Shown: one piece after another, positions 37,748 to 49,500 of the stretch
Numbering within the stretch: position 1 is the first letter of the stretch
How the letters are laid out: each line of letters opens with the position of its first letter
From: an uncultured delta proteobacterium
Lineage (GTDB): Bacteria > Myxococcota_A > Polyangia > Polyangiales > Polyangiaceae
Direction of reading: 5' to 3'
Length of the DNA: 64,000 nucleotides
Assembly: GCA_963782055.1 (NCBI GenBank)
Contig: CAWAIF010000003.1
Coordinates: forward strand, 288,001-352,000
Position numbers and translations under genes: made by a program
Notes under the pieces: model-generated
Database searches by the model: none
The model's input: the letters and a program-made list of their open reading frames with translations, nothing else
Told to the model about the DNA's origin: nothing

Positions 37748-38479
37748 TCAATTCGCCGCCATCTTCGCGAGGGTCGCCCGGGCCATCTTGAGCTCCCCCT
37801 CCAGCGCGATCCCCATCGCGGGCCGCGACGCCTCGGTGCGCCGCACGAAGGTGTCCAGGTAGCGCCTCGCCGCCCCGAACTCCCCCGCCGCGTAGGCGAG
37901 GTGCCCGAGCACGAAGCGCCCGTAGCCCTGCCCGCATGGCGCGGTGGCCAGATCGTCGATCGTCGCTTGCAGGTCGGTGACCGGCGCGCCCAGGGCGATG
38001 TGCGCCAGCGCGAGGTGGGCACGGTAGAGCGGCTTGTCGCGCGTCGCCCACCGCACCGCGCGCTCCAGCGCGCCGATCGCCTCGGTGTAGCGGTGCGCGA
38101 GGAAGAAGGCCCCACCCAGCGTCCAGAGGTGGAAGCTGCGGCGCGAGGCGGGGCCGCGCCGGGCGGCGGACCGCAGGTGCGCGACGGCGGTGTCCAGGTC
38201 GCCGGAGGCGATGGCGGCGCGCGCGGCGTCCTGGTGCAGCACGTCGGCGAGCACGTCCAGCTCCAGCGCGTCCTCCGCGATCGCGCGCGCGCGGGCGAAG
38301 CGGCGCGTCTCGTAAAGCGAGAGGTAGAGCTGCCGCAGCAGCATCGCTTGGACGGTCTTGTCGAGCGGCCCGCGGGCGGCCAGGCCCTTGCGCGCGTAGC
38401 GCGCGCGTGACGCCGGCGTGGCGGCGGCCATCGCCCGCCGCAACTGCGCTTCCGGGCTCGCGTCCGGGTGCCGAGGCAT
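37748..38479 (-). CDS. TPR-like helical protein
   Basis: TPR-like helices such as 'TLGGAFFLAHRYTEAIGALERA' and 'LGHLAYAAGEFGAARRYL'. Confidence 0.7.
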   Translation of the reverse strand: MPRHPDASPEAQLRRAMAAATPASRARYARKGLAARGPLDKTVQAMLLRQLYLSLYETRRFARARAIAEDALELDVLADVLHQDAARAAIASGDLDTAVAHLRSAARRGPASRRSFHLWTLGGAFFLAHRYTEAIGALERAVRWATRDKPLYRAHLALAHIALGAPVTDLQATIDDLATAPCGQGYGRFVLGHLAYAAGEFGAARRYLDTFVRRTEASRPAMGIALEGELKMARATLAKMAAN

Positions 38480-38578
38480 GAGGTCTTGTGATCATAGCAT
38501 CCGTCGGGCGCGGCGGCCGCGCGCGCGCTCCGGCGGCATTTGGAAGGCTCCCGGAGGCGTGCTAGGTCGTGGCACCCG

Positions 38579-38878
38579 ATGAAACGTTCGCCGCTGCCCG
38601 TGGCCCTCGGGTCGCTCCTGCTCCTCGGCCCGTGCCTCGGTTGTGGCCGCCGGGCGACGCAGGCGGACTGCGAGATCATCGTCGACCAGACCGTCGCGGC
38701 GAAGCTCCGGGAGCGCAACATCACCGACCCGGCGACGGTCAAGAGCACCCAGAAGGACCTGCGCGAAGAGGTGAAGGGGCAGATGTCCGGATGCGTGGGG
38801 CGTCACATCACCGACTCCGCCATGAAGTGCATCAAGGGCGCGAAGACCGAGGCGGAGATCGTGAAGTGCCTGCGGTGA
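38579..38878 (+). CDS. Small Cys-rich lipoprotein
   Basis: Signal peptide with 'LGC', pattern C...C-x8-9-C-x11-C. Confidence 0.7.
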   Translation: MKRSPLPVALGSLLLLGPCLGCGRRATQADCEIIVDQTVAAKLRERNITDPATVKSTQKDLREEVKGQMSGCVGRHITDSAMKCIKGAKTEAEIVKCLR

Positions 38879-39213
38879 CGTCACCCCCTGGCCCCCTCTC
38901 CCTGCGAGGAAGAGGAGGAAGAGGAAGAGCGCGCGTGGTGTTCGGGGTGAGCGTGGTCGCGCTCTGCGCCTGCAGCAAGAAGGTGTCGCAGCAGCAGTGC
39001 GACGCGTTGCTCGATCACTACGCCGAGCTGGTGGCGAAGGAGAGCATGCCCGACGCCTCGGCCGAGACGATCAAGGCCGAGCAGGTTCGCGAGCGCGAGG
39101 AGGCGCGCGCGGACGAGGGCTTCCGCGACTGCGCGACCCAGCTCCAGCCGGCGCAGTACCGGTGCGCGATGAAGGCCCAGACCCCCGACGCGCTGGAGGC
39201 GTGCCTGGAGTAG
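38875..39213 (+). CDS. Small Cys-rich lipoprotein, paralog of the upstream gene (start uncertain; possibly about 38935)
   Basis: 'LCAC' lipobox and the same Cys spacing ('QQCDALLDH...DC...YRCAMKAQT...ACLE'). Confidence 0.65.
   Translation: MTSPPGPLSLRGRGGRGRARVVFGVSVVALCACSKKVSQQQCDALLDHYAELVAKESMPDASAETIKAEQVREREEARADEGFRDCATQLQPAQYRCAMKAQTPDALEACLE
38880..38925. repeat. REP-like element
   Basis: tcacccc...CCCTCTCCCTGCGAGG is shared with the 40490 element. Confidence 0.5.
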
Positions 39214-39215
39214 CG

Positions 39216-39532
39216 CTACCTGGTGTGCGCCGCGCGGCCGCTCACCAGGATCTTGTCCGACTCGTGGCGCATCTGCGCGGGGACTCCCCACACCACGTCG
39301 CCGCCCAGCTTGCAGACCTGGTCCTCCAGCTCGCGCAGGCAGGCGTCCTCGCCCACCTGCTCCGAGCAGTAGGCGTTGACCGGTCCGATGTTGTCCGTCG
39401 GCATCGTGGGAGCGTCCTGGAATACCTGTACCTTGCAACCTTCCGGCTGCGGCGGGTACTTGGAGGGCGGGCCACCCCCGCCGCACGCCGGCGCCAGCGC
39501 CACCGCGGCCATGCCCAGCAGCACCGCGGCCC

Positions 39533-39536
<4 letters not shown>
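39216..39536 (-). CDS. Small lipoprotein (RcsF/YbjQ-like fold suspected)
   Basis: GTGA overlap with the glyQ stop, 'APAC' lipobox-like sequence, 'IGPVNAYC...[13 protein letters not shown]'. Confidence 0.65.
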
Positions 39537-40471
<935 letters not shown>

Positions 40472-40488
40472 GCGCCAGATCTACACCA

Positions 40489-40543
40489 TCCTCACCCCCC
40501 CGGCGGCCCTCTCCCTGCGAGGGCGAGGGGGGGGCGAAGGGGG
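40489..40543. repeat. REP-like C-rich/G-rich hairpin element
   Basis: cctcaccccccc...CCCTCTCCCTGCGAGGgcgagggggggg between the giant TPR gene and glyQ. Confidence 0.5.
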
Positions 40544-43500
40544 CTACGCTCCCAGCTGGGCGAGGAGCTCGCGGGCGTACTCCAGCGACGGGTCGTCGTC
40601 GATCGCGCGCTTGAGCAGCATGACGGCGCGGCGGGTGTCGCCCTGCTTGACCGCGATGGCGCCCAGACGCTCGTACGCGATGGCGCGCGGCAGCGGCGCG
40701 GCGGTGCGCATCATGGTGATGGCCCGGAGCGCGCGCGTGGCGAGGTCCAGGTTCTCGTCCTCGTAGGCGACGTCCGCCAGCTCGGAGGCGACGACGCCGT
40801 TCTGGCCGTCCATGTCCAGGCCGGTGGTGAGCATCTGCGTCTCGGCGGCGCGATCGCCACGGGCGCGGGCCACGTGGGCCAGCCGCAGGTAGACGTGCGC
40901 GAGGTCCTTGCTGCGGCGCCCCTTCAGCGAGAGCACCGCGGCCTTGAGCGCCTCCTCCGCGCCGTCGAGCCGACCCAGCGCGATGCGCGCGTCGGCGAGG
41001 AGTCCGACGCACTCGAAGTCGGTCGGCTTGAGCTCGTGGGCGGCGGCGAGCACCTCCGCCGCGCGCTCGGCGTCCGCCAGCTTGGTGAGGAGCGTCTGGC
41101 CGGCGCCGAGCAGCAGCTCGAAGCGCCGCGCCGGGTCGGTCGCGGCCTCCGCCTCGGCGACGTAGAGCTCGAGCAGCTCGCGCTCAGCCCCGGTGCGCTC
41201 GTAGATCTCCGCCAGCTTGTGGAGCAGCCGCTCGTCGCCGGGCGCGACGGCGCGGGCGCGCTCGAGCGCCTCGCGGGCGTAGCCCGGGTTCTCGGCGCGC
41301 TCGCAGAGCTCGGCGAGGTGCAGCGCCAGGTCGGGGAGGGCCTCGGCGTCGGCCGCCTCGGCCAGCCGGCCGTAGGCGTCGGCGGCTGCGCCCCACTGCT
41401 CCGACGCCTCCTCCAGCTCGGCGAGCGCCCGCAGCGACGCGAGGTCGCCGGCGTCCGCGGAGAGGTTCTCCTCCAGCGCGGCGCGCGCCTCCTCCCCCCG
41501 GCCCTGCGCGGCGAGCAGCGTCGCGAGTCGGCGTCGTAGCTCGGCCCGGTCCGGTCCCTCCGCCGCATCGGCCGCGGCGGCGAGCACCATGGCCAGGAGG
41601 GCGGCGCCTCGCCCGACGTCCAGGGCGTGTACCCGCTCGGCGTCGGCGATGGCCTCCTCGTGTCGCGCGAGTCCGGAGGTGAGCCGGGCGCGCAGCTCCA
41701 GCAGCACCAGCTCGTGAGGGGCGCCGCCCGCCTGCGCGAACGGCTCCGCCATGTCCTGCAGGGCCTCCTCCAGGTCCTCGCGCGCGCTCATGGCCTCCAC
41801 GAGCATCCCGAGCAGCTCGGCGTCGTCCGGCGCGTCCAGCCACGCGGCGCGCACCGCCCGCGCGGTGCCGGTGCGGTCGTCGCCGGCGCCGTAGAGCCGC
41901 GCGGCCTCCAGGTACGCCGCGCGGCGCTCCGCGCCCTCCAGGCCCGGGGCGGTGGTGACGAGGAGCTCGGCGAGCTTCTGGTCGTCCCCGCGCTCCTCGT
42001 ACGTGGCGCGGAGCCGGTCGCGCAGCGTCTCGCTCGCCGGGTGCGCGCGCAGCCCCATGAGCAGCGCGCGCTCCGCGGCGTCGTTGTCCCACTGCTCGGC
42101 GCGCAGCGCCGCGAGCTCCAGGGCGAGCGCCTCGGCCCCCGGCCCCGTCTCGCTCGCGAGCAGGCGCTCCATCACGTCCGCCCGCTCGATGGCGTCGCCC
42201 GACTCGCGCAGCAGCCGCAGCATCGCCAGGAGCAGGTCGCGGTTGTGCTGCTCCCAGTCCAGACCCGCCGCGTACGCCTGCCGCGCGGCCTCCGCGTCCT
42301 TCGGCTCAAGCATGCGGCCCAGGCGCAGTGAGAGCGCGGCCACGGTCGCCGCGTCCTCGCGATCCTTCGCCGCGTCGAGCTGCGTGCCGAGGAGCTCGGC
42401 CAGCTCCTCGGTCTCTCCGGAGGCCTCCAGCAGCGACACCAGCAGCGCCGCCGCCTCGGCGTCGCGCGGCCGCTCCTCCAGCAGCGCCCGCAGGTCCGCC
42501 TTCGCCTCGTCGGCGCGGTCCGGCCGCGAAGCGAGCACCTTCGCGCGGAGGAGCCGCAGCGTGGCGCGCTCCTCGTCGGAGTCGGCGTGCGGCAGCACGC
42601 GGTCGATCGCCGCGGCGAGGCGTGCGTCGTCGCCGGCGTCGCGCAGCACCGCCACCAGCTCGCCGCGCGCCTGCGCGTCGGTCGGGTCGGCGTCCAGGAT
42701 GAGCTCGTAGGCGCGGGCCGCGAGATCGGCGTCGCCGGGCTCGCCCCGCGCCGCGCTCGCCACCTGCTCGCGCAGCGCCCGGGCCTCCTCGGCCTCGGCG
42801 TGCGCGGAGGCGCGCAGCCGCAGCAAGAGCGCGCCCCTTCGCTCCCCGGCGGCCTCGCGCAGCGCCGCCAGCTCCAGCAGCGCCCAGCGCAGGAAGGCGG
42901 GATCCTGCGCCTCGTCCTCCGCGGCGCGGGCGAGGAAGCGCTCCGCCACCGCGGACTCCCCGCGGCTCATCGCCAGACCCACCGCCTCGCGCACCACGTC
43001 CGGCGGCGCGCCGGGCTGTCCCGCCTGCAGCAGCACCGCCCGCGCGACCGCGTCCTCGTTGCCCGAGGCTCGCGCCACGCGCGCGAAGACGCTGAGGAGC
43101 GGGCCGGGAGCCTCGTCGCCGAAAGCGGCGAGCGCCGACTCGGCGAGCCCGAGCGCGCGCTCCATGTCCGGCGCCAGCGAGAGCGCCGTCTCCAGCATGC
43201 GGCACGCGTCGGCGGTGGTCTCCGGGCGCGCGAGGCGCAGCCCCGCGAGGCGGTAGAGCACGTCGGCGGCGGCGCGCGGGTCGCGCGCGGTGTTCTCCGT
43301 CTGCAGCGCGGCGAGCTTCTCCAGCACCGCCTCCTGCGCCTCGGTGTCGCCCGCCTCGCCGTGGGCCCGGTCCAGCGCGGAGAGCACCTCCATGCGCAGG
43401 CCGCCCGCCTGCTCCGCGCGGCGGAGCACCTCGATGCGGCGCGCGCCGTCGCCCAGCTCGCCGAGCGCGTCGGCGGCGCGCAGGCAGAGGAGCGTCGCCA

Positions 43501-46500
43501 GGCGCGCGTCCTTGCCGGCCCCGTCCGCCAGCTCCAGCGCGTGGTCCACGTACACCGACAGCGCGCCCGCGCGCCGGGCGAGGGCGAGGGTGGCCTCGTG
43601 CACCGCCGGGGCGCCCGGCGCCACACCCAGCGCGCGGAGCTGCGTGGCGAGCGCCTCCGCCGTCTGCCCGAGCGACTCCTGCACTCGCGCGAGCTCGCCG
43701 ATGATCTCGCCCGCCTGCGGGCCCTGCGGCGTGCGCGCGAGCCTCGCCTCCAGCGCCCGCACCAGCGCCTCGTGCTTGCCCTTCTTGCGCAGCGCGCGCT
43801 CCAGGCTCCGCGACTCCGCCGCCGAGGTGGCCGCCGCCTCGAAGGCCGACTCCAGGATCTCGGCGGAGCGCTCCGCCTCTCCCTGCCTGCCCGCGACGTC
43901 GCTGAGCTCGACGAGCACCTCGCTGCGGAGGACCGGCGCGTCGTCGTCGGCGCGGCGAAGCACCGCGAGCAGCGCGCGGTAGGAGCGCTCGGCCTTCTCC
44001 AGCTGGCCGTCGTCGCGCGCGAGCTCGGCGACCATCCGGAGGATCTCCGGGTTGGCCGGGTCGATGCGCGTCGCGGCCTCCAGCTCGGTGAGGGCGTGAG
44101 CGCGCTCGCCGGCGCGGAGCTGGATGCGCGCGAGGTAAAAGTGCACCTGGGCGCGCCCCTTCGGCCGGCGTCCGGCGAAGGCGTCGATCATCGCGCGGAG
44201 CAGGGCGCGCGCGTCGTCCGGTCGCCCCGCGCCCTGCAGCGCCTCGGCGAGGGTCAGCTTCAGGCGGCGGTCGTCCGGGGCTAGCTCGGCGGCCGCCTCC
44301 AGCAGGGGCACCGCGCGGGCGGGGAGCTCGCAGCGCTCCATGAAGAGGTTGGCGGCCTCCTTGTAGAATGCAAGCTTCTGCGGTGACTCGCTCGCCGAGG
44401 CCGCGCGCGCGCTCGTCAGCTCGGCGAGCGGCAGCCACTGCTCGGTGCGCTCGTAGATCTCGGCCAGGTGGACCGCGGCCTCCGCGGGGACGTCGGGCAC
44501 GCCGAGCGAGGCCTCCAGCCGCTGCTGGGCGGCGGCGTCGTCGCCCGCGCGTACGTACGCGTCGGCGAGGCGTACGACGACCGCGCCCTGGCGCTCCGGG
44601 AACTCGCGCACCAGGCGGTCGAGGTGCTGCGCGGCCTCCTCCCACTCCTCGCGGCGCTCGTGGATCCGCGCCACGGCGTCCAGCGCCTCCGGACGGACCT
44701 CCAGCGCCAGCGCGCGGCGGTAGCTGGCGAGGGCGGCACCCAGGTCGGCGAGCTTCTCGTCGGCGATCGTCGCGGCGCGCACCCACAGCTCCACCGCCGA
44801 CAGCGGGTCGGCGTCCTTCTCGGCGAGGGCGGCCTGCTCGGCGCAGAAGCTCGCCAGCTCCTCCCACCGCCCGGCCTGCTCCAGCACCTCCGAGAGGACC
44901 AGCGTGCTCCTGGCGTCGCGCGGGACCTCCGCGAGGTTCTGCTTCAACGCCGCGATCGCCTCGTCGACGCGCTCGAGGGAGCGCAGGATGCCCGCTGCGT
45001 CCAGCCGCAGCTCGACGCGTTGGGCCGGGTCCTCGGCGATGGCGAGCTGGCGCTGCCGCAGGTCGAGCAGCTCGTCGGTCTTGCCCAGGCTCGCGTACAG
45101 CTCGCCGAGGTGGGCGGCCGCCGAAGCGTCGCGAGGCTCGTCGTCGAAGAGCGCGCGCCAGATGCGCATCGCGGTGTCGTGATCGCCGAGGCGGGAGAGG
45201 GCGACGTCGGCGGCCTCGTGGCGGAGCACGCGCGACCGGCCGCCGGTGAAGGGGAGCTGCGCGGTCTGCTCCAGCAGCTCCACGATGCGCTCCGCCGCCC
45301 CCTCCTCGTTGTGGATGCGGAGCAGCTCGGCGAGCGCCCACTCCACGTACTCGTTCGGGTGCGCTGGCGAGCCGAGGGTCATCGGGGGCTCGTCCCCGTC
45401 GCGGCCCAGCCAGCGATCGGAGGCGACCTTGATCAGCCGCTCCAGGATGGTCTTGGCGAGGCTGCGATCCACCACCACCGCCGAGGCCACCTCCGCGGCC
45501 TCCTTGAGCAGGTCCAGATCGCCGCCGGTGGCCTGCGAGAGGCGCAGCAGGCTGTCGATGAGCGGGCGGCCGGCGTTGCGACGCTGGAGCTGCGCGAGGG
45601 CGCGCAATACGTCGGCGCTCGTCGGGTCGTGCACCAGCGCGCGCGTGTAGGCGGCCTCGGCGGCGTCCGCGTCGCCGCGGCGGTCGCGGTGCCACGCGCC
45701 CAGCCGCGCCTCCAGGTCGCGGGCGACCGGGCCCCCGAGCGCGGCGGGCGGCTGATCCTCTCCGCCGGGAGGCGCGGTGCGGCCGGTGCGCTCGGCGAGC
45801 TCGGCCTCCAGCGCGGAGGTGACGGCGTCCCACGCGGAGGGCCCGCTCGCGGCGGTCTCGAGCGCGGCGAAGAGCACCTCGTCGGGCGCGCCGGCGAGCA
45901 TGGATCGGTCCACCGCCACGCGCGCCGCCGCCTCCCAGCGCTGCACGCGCGCCGCGGTGCGGATGGCCGCGAGGCCGGCCGCCTCGCTCGTGGGGTCGTC
46001 GGCGGCCACGCGCAGGTAGGCGGTGAGCGCCGCGCGCGGGTCGTCCAGGCGCGCCTCCAGCGCCTCGCCCAGGCGGTAGCGCAGGCGCAGCAGTCGCTCG
46101 TCGCCGGCGGGGAGCTGCGGCTCCAGCGTGTCGATCACCACCCGGTGCGCGTCGGCGTAGGCCCGCCACTGGCCGGTCGGCTCGGCGAGCCCCGCCGCCT
46201 CGTCCTCGATGGTCGCGTCGCCGGCAGAGAGGACGAAGGCGTCGCGCGCCGCCTCGAAGGCGCGGGGGAGATCGCCCGCGCGCTGCTCGGCCATCTCCAC
46301 CACCTCCAGCAGCACCTTCACGCGCTCGGCGTCGTCCTTCGCCACGTGGAGGCGGTGAGGCAGAAGCTCCAGGATGCGCTGCCAGTCGTCGCCGGCGCGG
46401 TAGCTCTCGAGGAGAACGCGCACGGCGGCCTCCGCGCTCCCCTCGCGGCCGAGCAGCGCGTCGAGCCCGGCGATCGCGCCAGGGTGCGCGGGGGTCGCGT

Positions 46501-49500
46501 GGAGCGCCTGCGCGTAGGCGCGGATGGCCTCGTCGTGCCGCTCCAGGTGCTCGCGCAGCAGGTCGCCCAGGCGCACCAGCAAGGCGGCGCGCCGCTCCTC
46601 GTCGTGAGCGCGCACGGCGGCGCGCTCCAGCGTGGAGGCCAGCTTGGCGTGCTCCTGCCTCGCGTCGTAGAGCGCCGCCAGCGCCTCGCTGGCGTCGTCG
46701 GCCTCGCCGAAGTCCCGCTCGATGCTCTCCCAGCTCGCGACCGCGTCGCCGTCTGCGCCCAGGTTCTCCGCCTGCACGCGCGCGGCACGCACGCGGTCCT
46801 CGCGGCTCTCGTGCGTGCGTTCGGCGGCGGCGAGCACGCGCGCGCGACGGTCGAGCGCGTCGGCCAGCGGCCCGAAGCGGCCCTGCGCCTGGAGGAGATC
46901 CACCAGGCCGATGAGCGCCTCCAGGTCGGACTCCTCGCCCTGCAGTCGGCCCTCCCACGCGGCCACCGCGCGGTCCACCTCGCCGATGCGCGTCGCCAGG
47001 TCAGCCGCCTCGCCGAGCGCCTCCTTGCGCGCTGCGCTGTCGGTCTCCAGCTCGGCGATGCGCTCCAGCACCCCGAGCCGCTCCGCGTCGCGCCCCTGAT
47101 CGCGCAGCAGCGCGTCCAGGCGGCGCGCCGCGCCGAGCAGCACCGCGTCCTCGACGGGGAGCGCCAGCACGCGGAAGAAGAGCTCGGCCGCGCGGGCGTC
47201 GTCGCCGAGCTTCTCGCTCTGCACCACGCCGGACTGGAAGAGGAGGGAGGCGCGCAGCTCGTCGCTGTCGCAGTCGTCCGCCGCCGCGGCGAGGACCTCG
47301 GCGAAGCGGTCGAAGCGTTGCGTCTTCTCGGCCAGCGCGGCGAGGTGCTCGCGGTGCGCGGCGGCGTCCGGCTCCAGCATCACCAGCGAGACGCAGTGCT
47401 CCAGGGCGAGCAAGTTCTCCGAGAGGCGCTCGTAGAGGGCGGCGAGCTCCCGGTGGCGGCGCATGCGCTCCTTGGCGTTCTTGACCGCCTCCAGCTCCAC
47501 CTCCAGCATGCGCGCCAGGTCGCTCTCGCGCCCGGCGGCCGCGTAGCGCTCCCGGAGCAGCGACGCGGTGCGCTGGCGAACGAGCACGCGCTTGCGCCCG
47601 CGGGCCGTCTTGGGCGGCGCCGACGCGCGCGGTGGACTGGAGGCGCGCGGCGCGATGGACTCGTACGCCGCCGACACCCGCTCGCTCACCGGCGACGACG
47701 TCGGCGGCAGCGTCTTCTTGATCGCCTCGCCCTGCGGCGCGGCGCCCAGGATTCGCTCCAGGAGCTCCAGCGAGTTGTCCCCCTCGTCGCCGTGCTGGAT
47801 GAGGTCCTCCACGACCAGCAGCGCGGAGCCGGCGTCGGAGAGCTCGTCCAGCCAGAGGCGCGCCATGCGGCCTCGCAGCGCCTGCCCCTCCTCCTCCGGC
47901 TTGCCGGGGAGCTGCGCGCCCAGGAGGCTGATGAGCTCGCGGTGGCGCCCGTGGCGCTCGTAGAGGCGCTCCAGCGACGCGATGAGCCGCTCGTTGTCCG
48001 GCTTGATGTTGAGCAGCTGCTCCAGGTAGCCGATGGCGCGGGGCGCGTTCTTGGCGAAGTCCTTGGCGACCTGCGCCGCGTCCTCGAGGAGGTCGGTGTG
48101 GCGGATCTCGTCCAGGCCCTCCGCGGCGATCACCCGGTCGTAGAGGATGAAGAGCTCGTCCCATCGCTCCTGCGAGTCGTAGAGCAGCTTCAGCCGGTCG
48201 AAGGCCCACCCGGCCGGGTCGAGATCGACGAGGCGATCCAGGATGCGGATGAGCCCCGCCGCGTCCTCGAACCACTCCTCCTGGAAGGCGACCGCGCGCT
48301 GCCCGACCTCCAGCGCCAGCTCGGTCTCGTGGCCGCCGGCGAGCACCGCCTGGTAGCGCTCGCCCAGCTCGACGGGGCGGTCCAGGCGGCGCGCGAGCTG
48401 CTCGGCGCGGTCCCAGAACGCTGCCTCCTCGGGGAACTCGGCGACGGCGCGGAGCAGCACCGTGTACACCGCGTCCTCCGACTGCGAGCGCGAGAGCTCC
48501 AGCAGCTCCTCGAACCACCCGCGCCGGCGCTCCTTCGGGGCGTCCTTCGCGCCGTCCACCAGCGCGGAGAGCACGCGCATCTTCGCCTCGGCGTCGTGCG
48601 CGGACTCCAGCGACGACTCCAGCAGCGCGGACGCCTCGCGCCCCACGGCAGGGTCCTCCAGCAGCTTGGAGAGAAGGCGCAGCGCCCCCGCGTGATCCGG
48701 CGCCTCCGCCAGCACGCCGCGCAGCTCGGCCAGCGCCTCCCCGGCGCGATCGCCCTGGGCCAGGAGCACACCGGCCAGCTCCGCGCGCACGCGCCGCTTC
48801 TGATCGTCATCGCCGTACGCGAGACGGGACCGGAGCGAGGCGAGCGCGCCGTCCACGTCGCCCGCCGCGAGGGTGAGCCGCGCCACCTCGCTCGCCGCGT
48901 CGGCGTCCTCGGGGTTGGCGTCGCTGAGCTGGCCCCACAGCGCGAGCGCCTGGTCCGGCGCGCGCAGCAGCCCCTCCTCCAGGCGCGCCCACCGCCCGAT
49001 GACCGCGTGACGGTCCTGGGGCGTCGACGCCTGCGCGGCCCGCCACCCGAGCAGCCAGCGCCAGGCGTCGGCGTCGGGCGTCTGGGCGCGCGTCAGGATG
49101 GACTCGCAGACGTCGGCTGCGTGGTGCTTGGCGCCCGCCTCCGAGAAGGGATCGTCCACCACGGCTCGCAGCGCCGCCAGGGCGTCGGTCTGATGCGCCG
49201 GATCCTCCGCCAGCACCTCCGCGCGGGCGGCCCACACCCGCGAGCGCAGCGCCGGGTCCTGATCACCGCCGCGCTCCAGGGCGGTGTCGAGCGTGCGGAA
49301 GTAGGCGGTCTTCTCCCCCGACGTCAGCGCGTAGCGCGTGAGCAGCGCGAGCGCCTCCGGGTCGCTCGGCGCCTCCAGGAAGGCGCGGGCGGCGGCGTCG
49401 AAGGCGCCGGCGGGATCGTTCGCGCGCTCCAGCAGCACCTGGGCGAGCCGCATGAGGGAGAGCTTGCGCTCCTCGGCGCCGGGCGCCGACTCGACGAGCG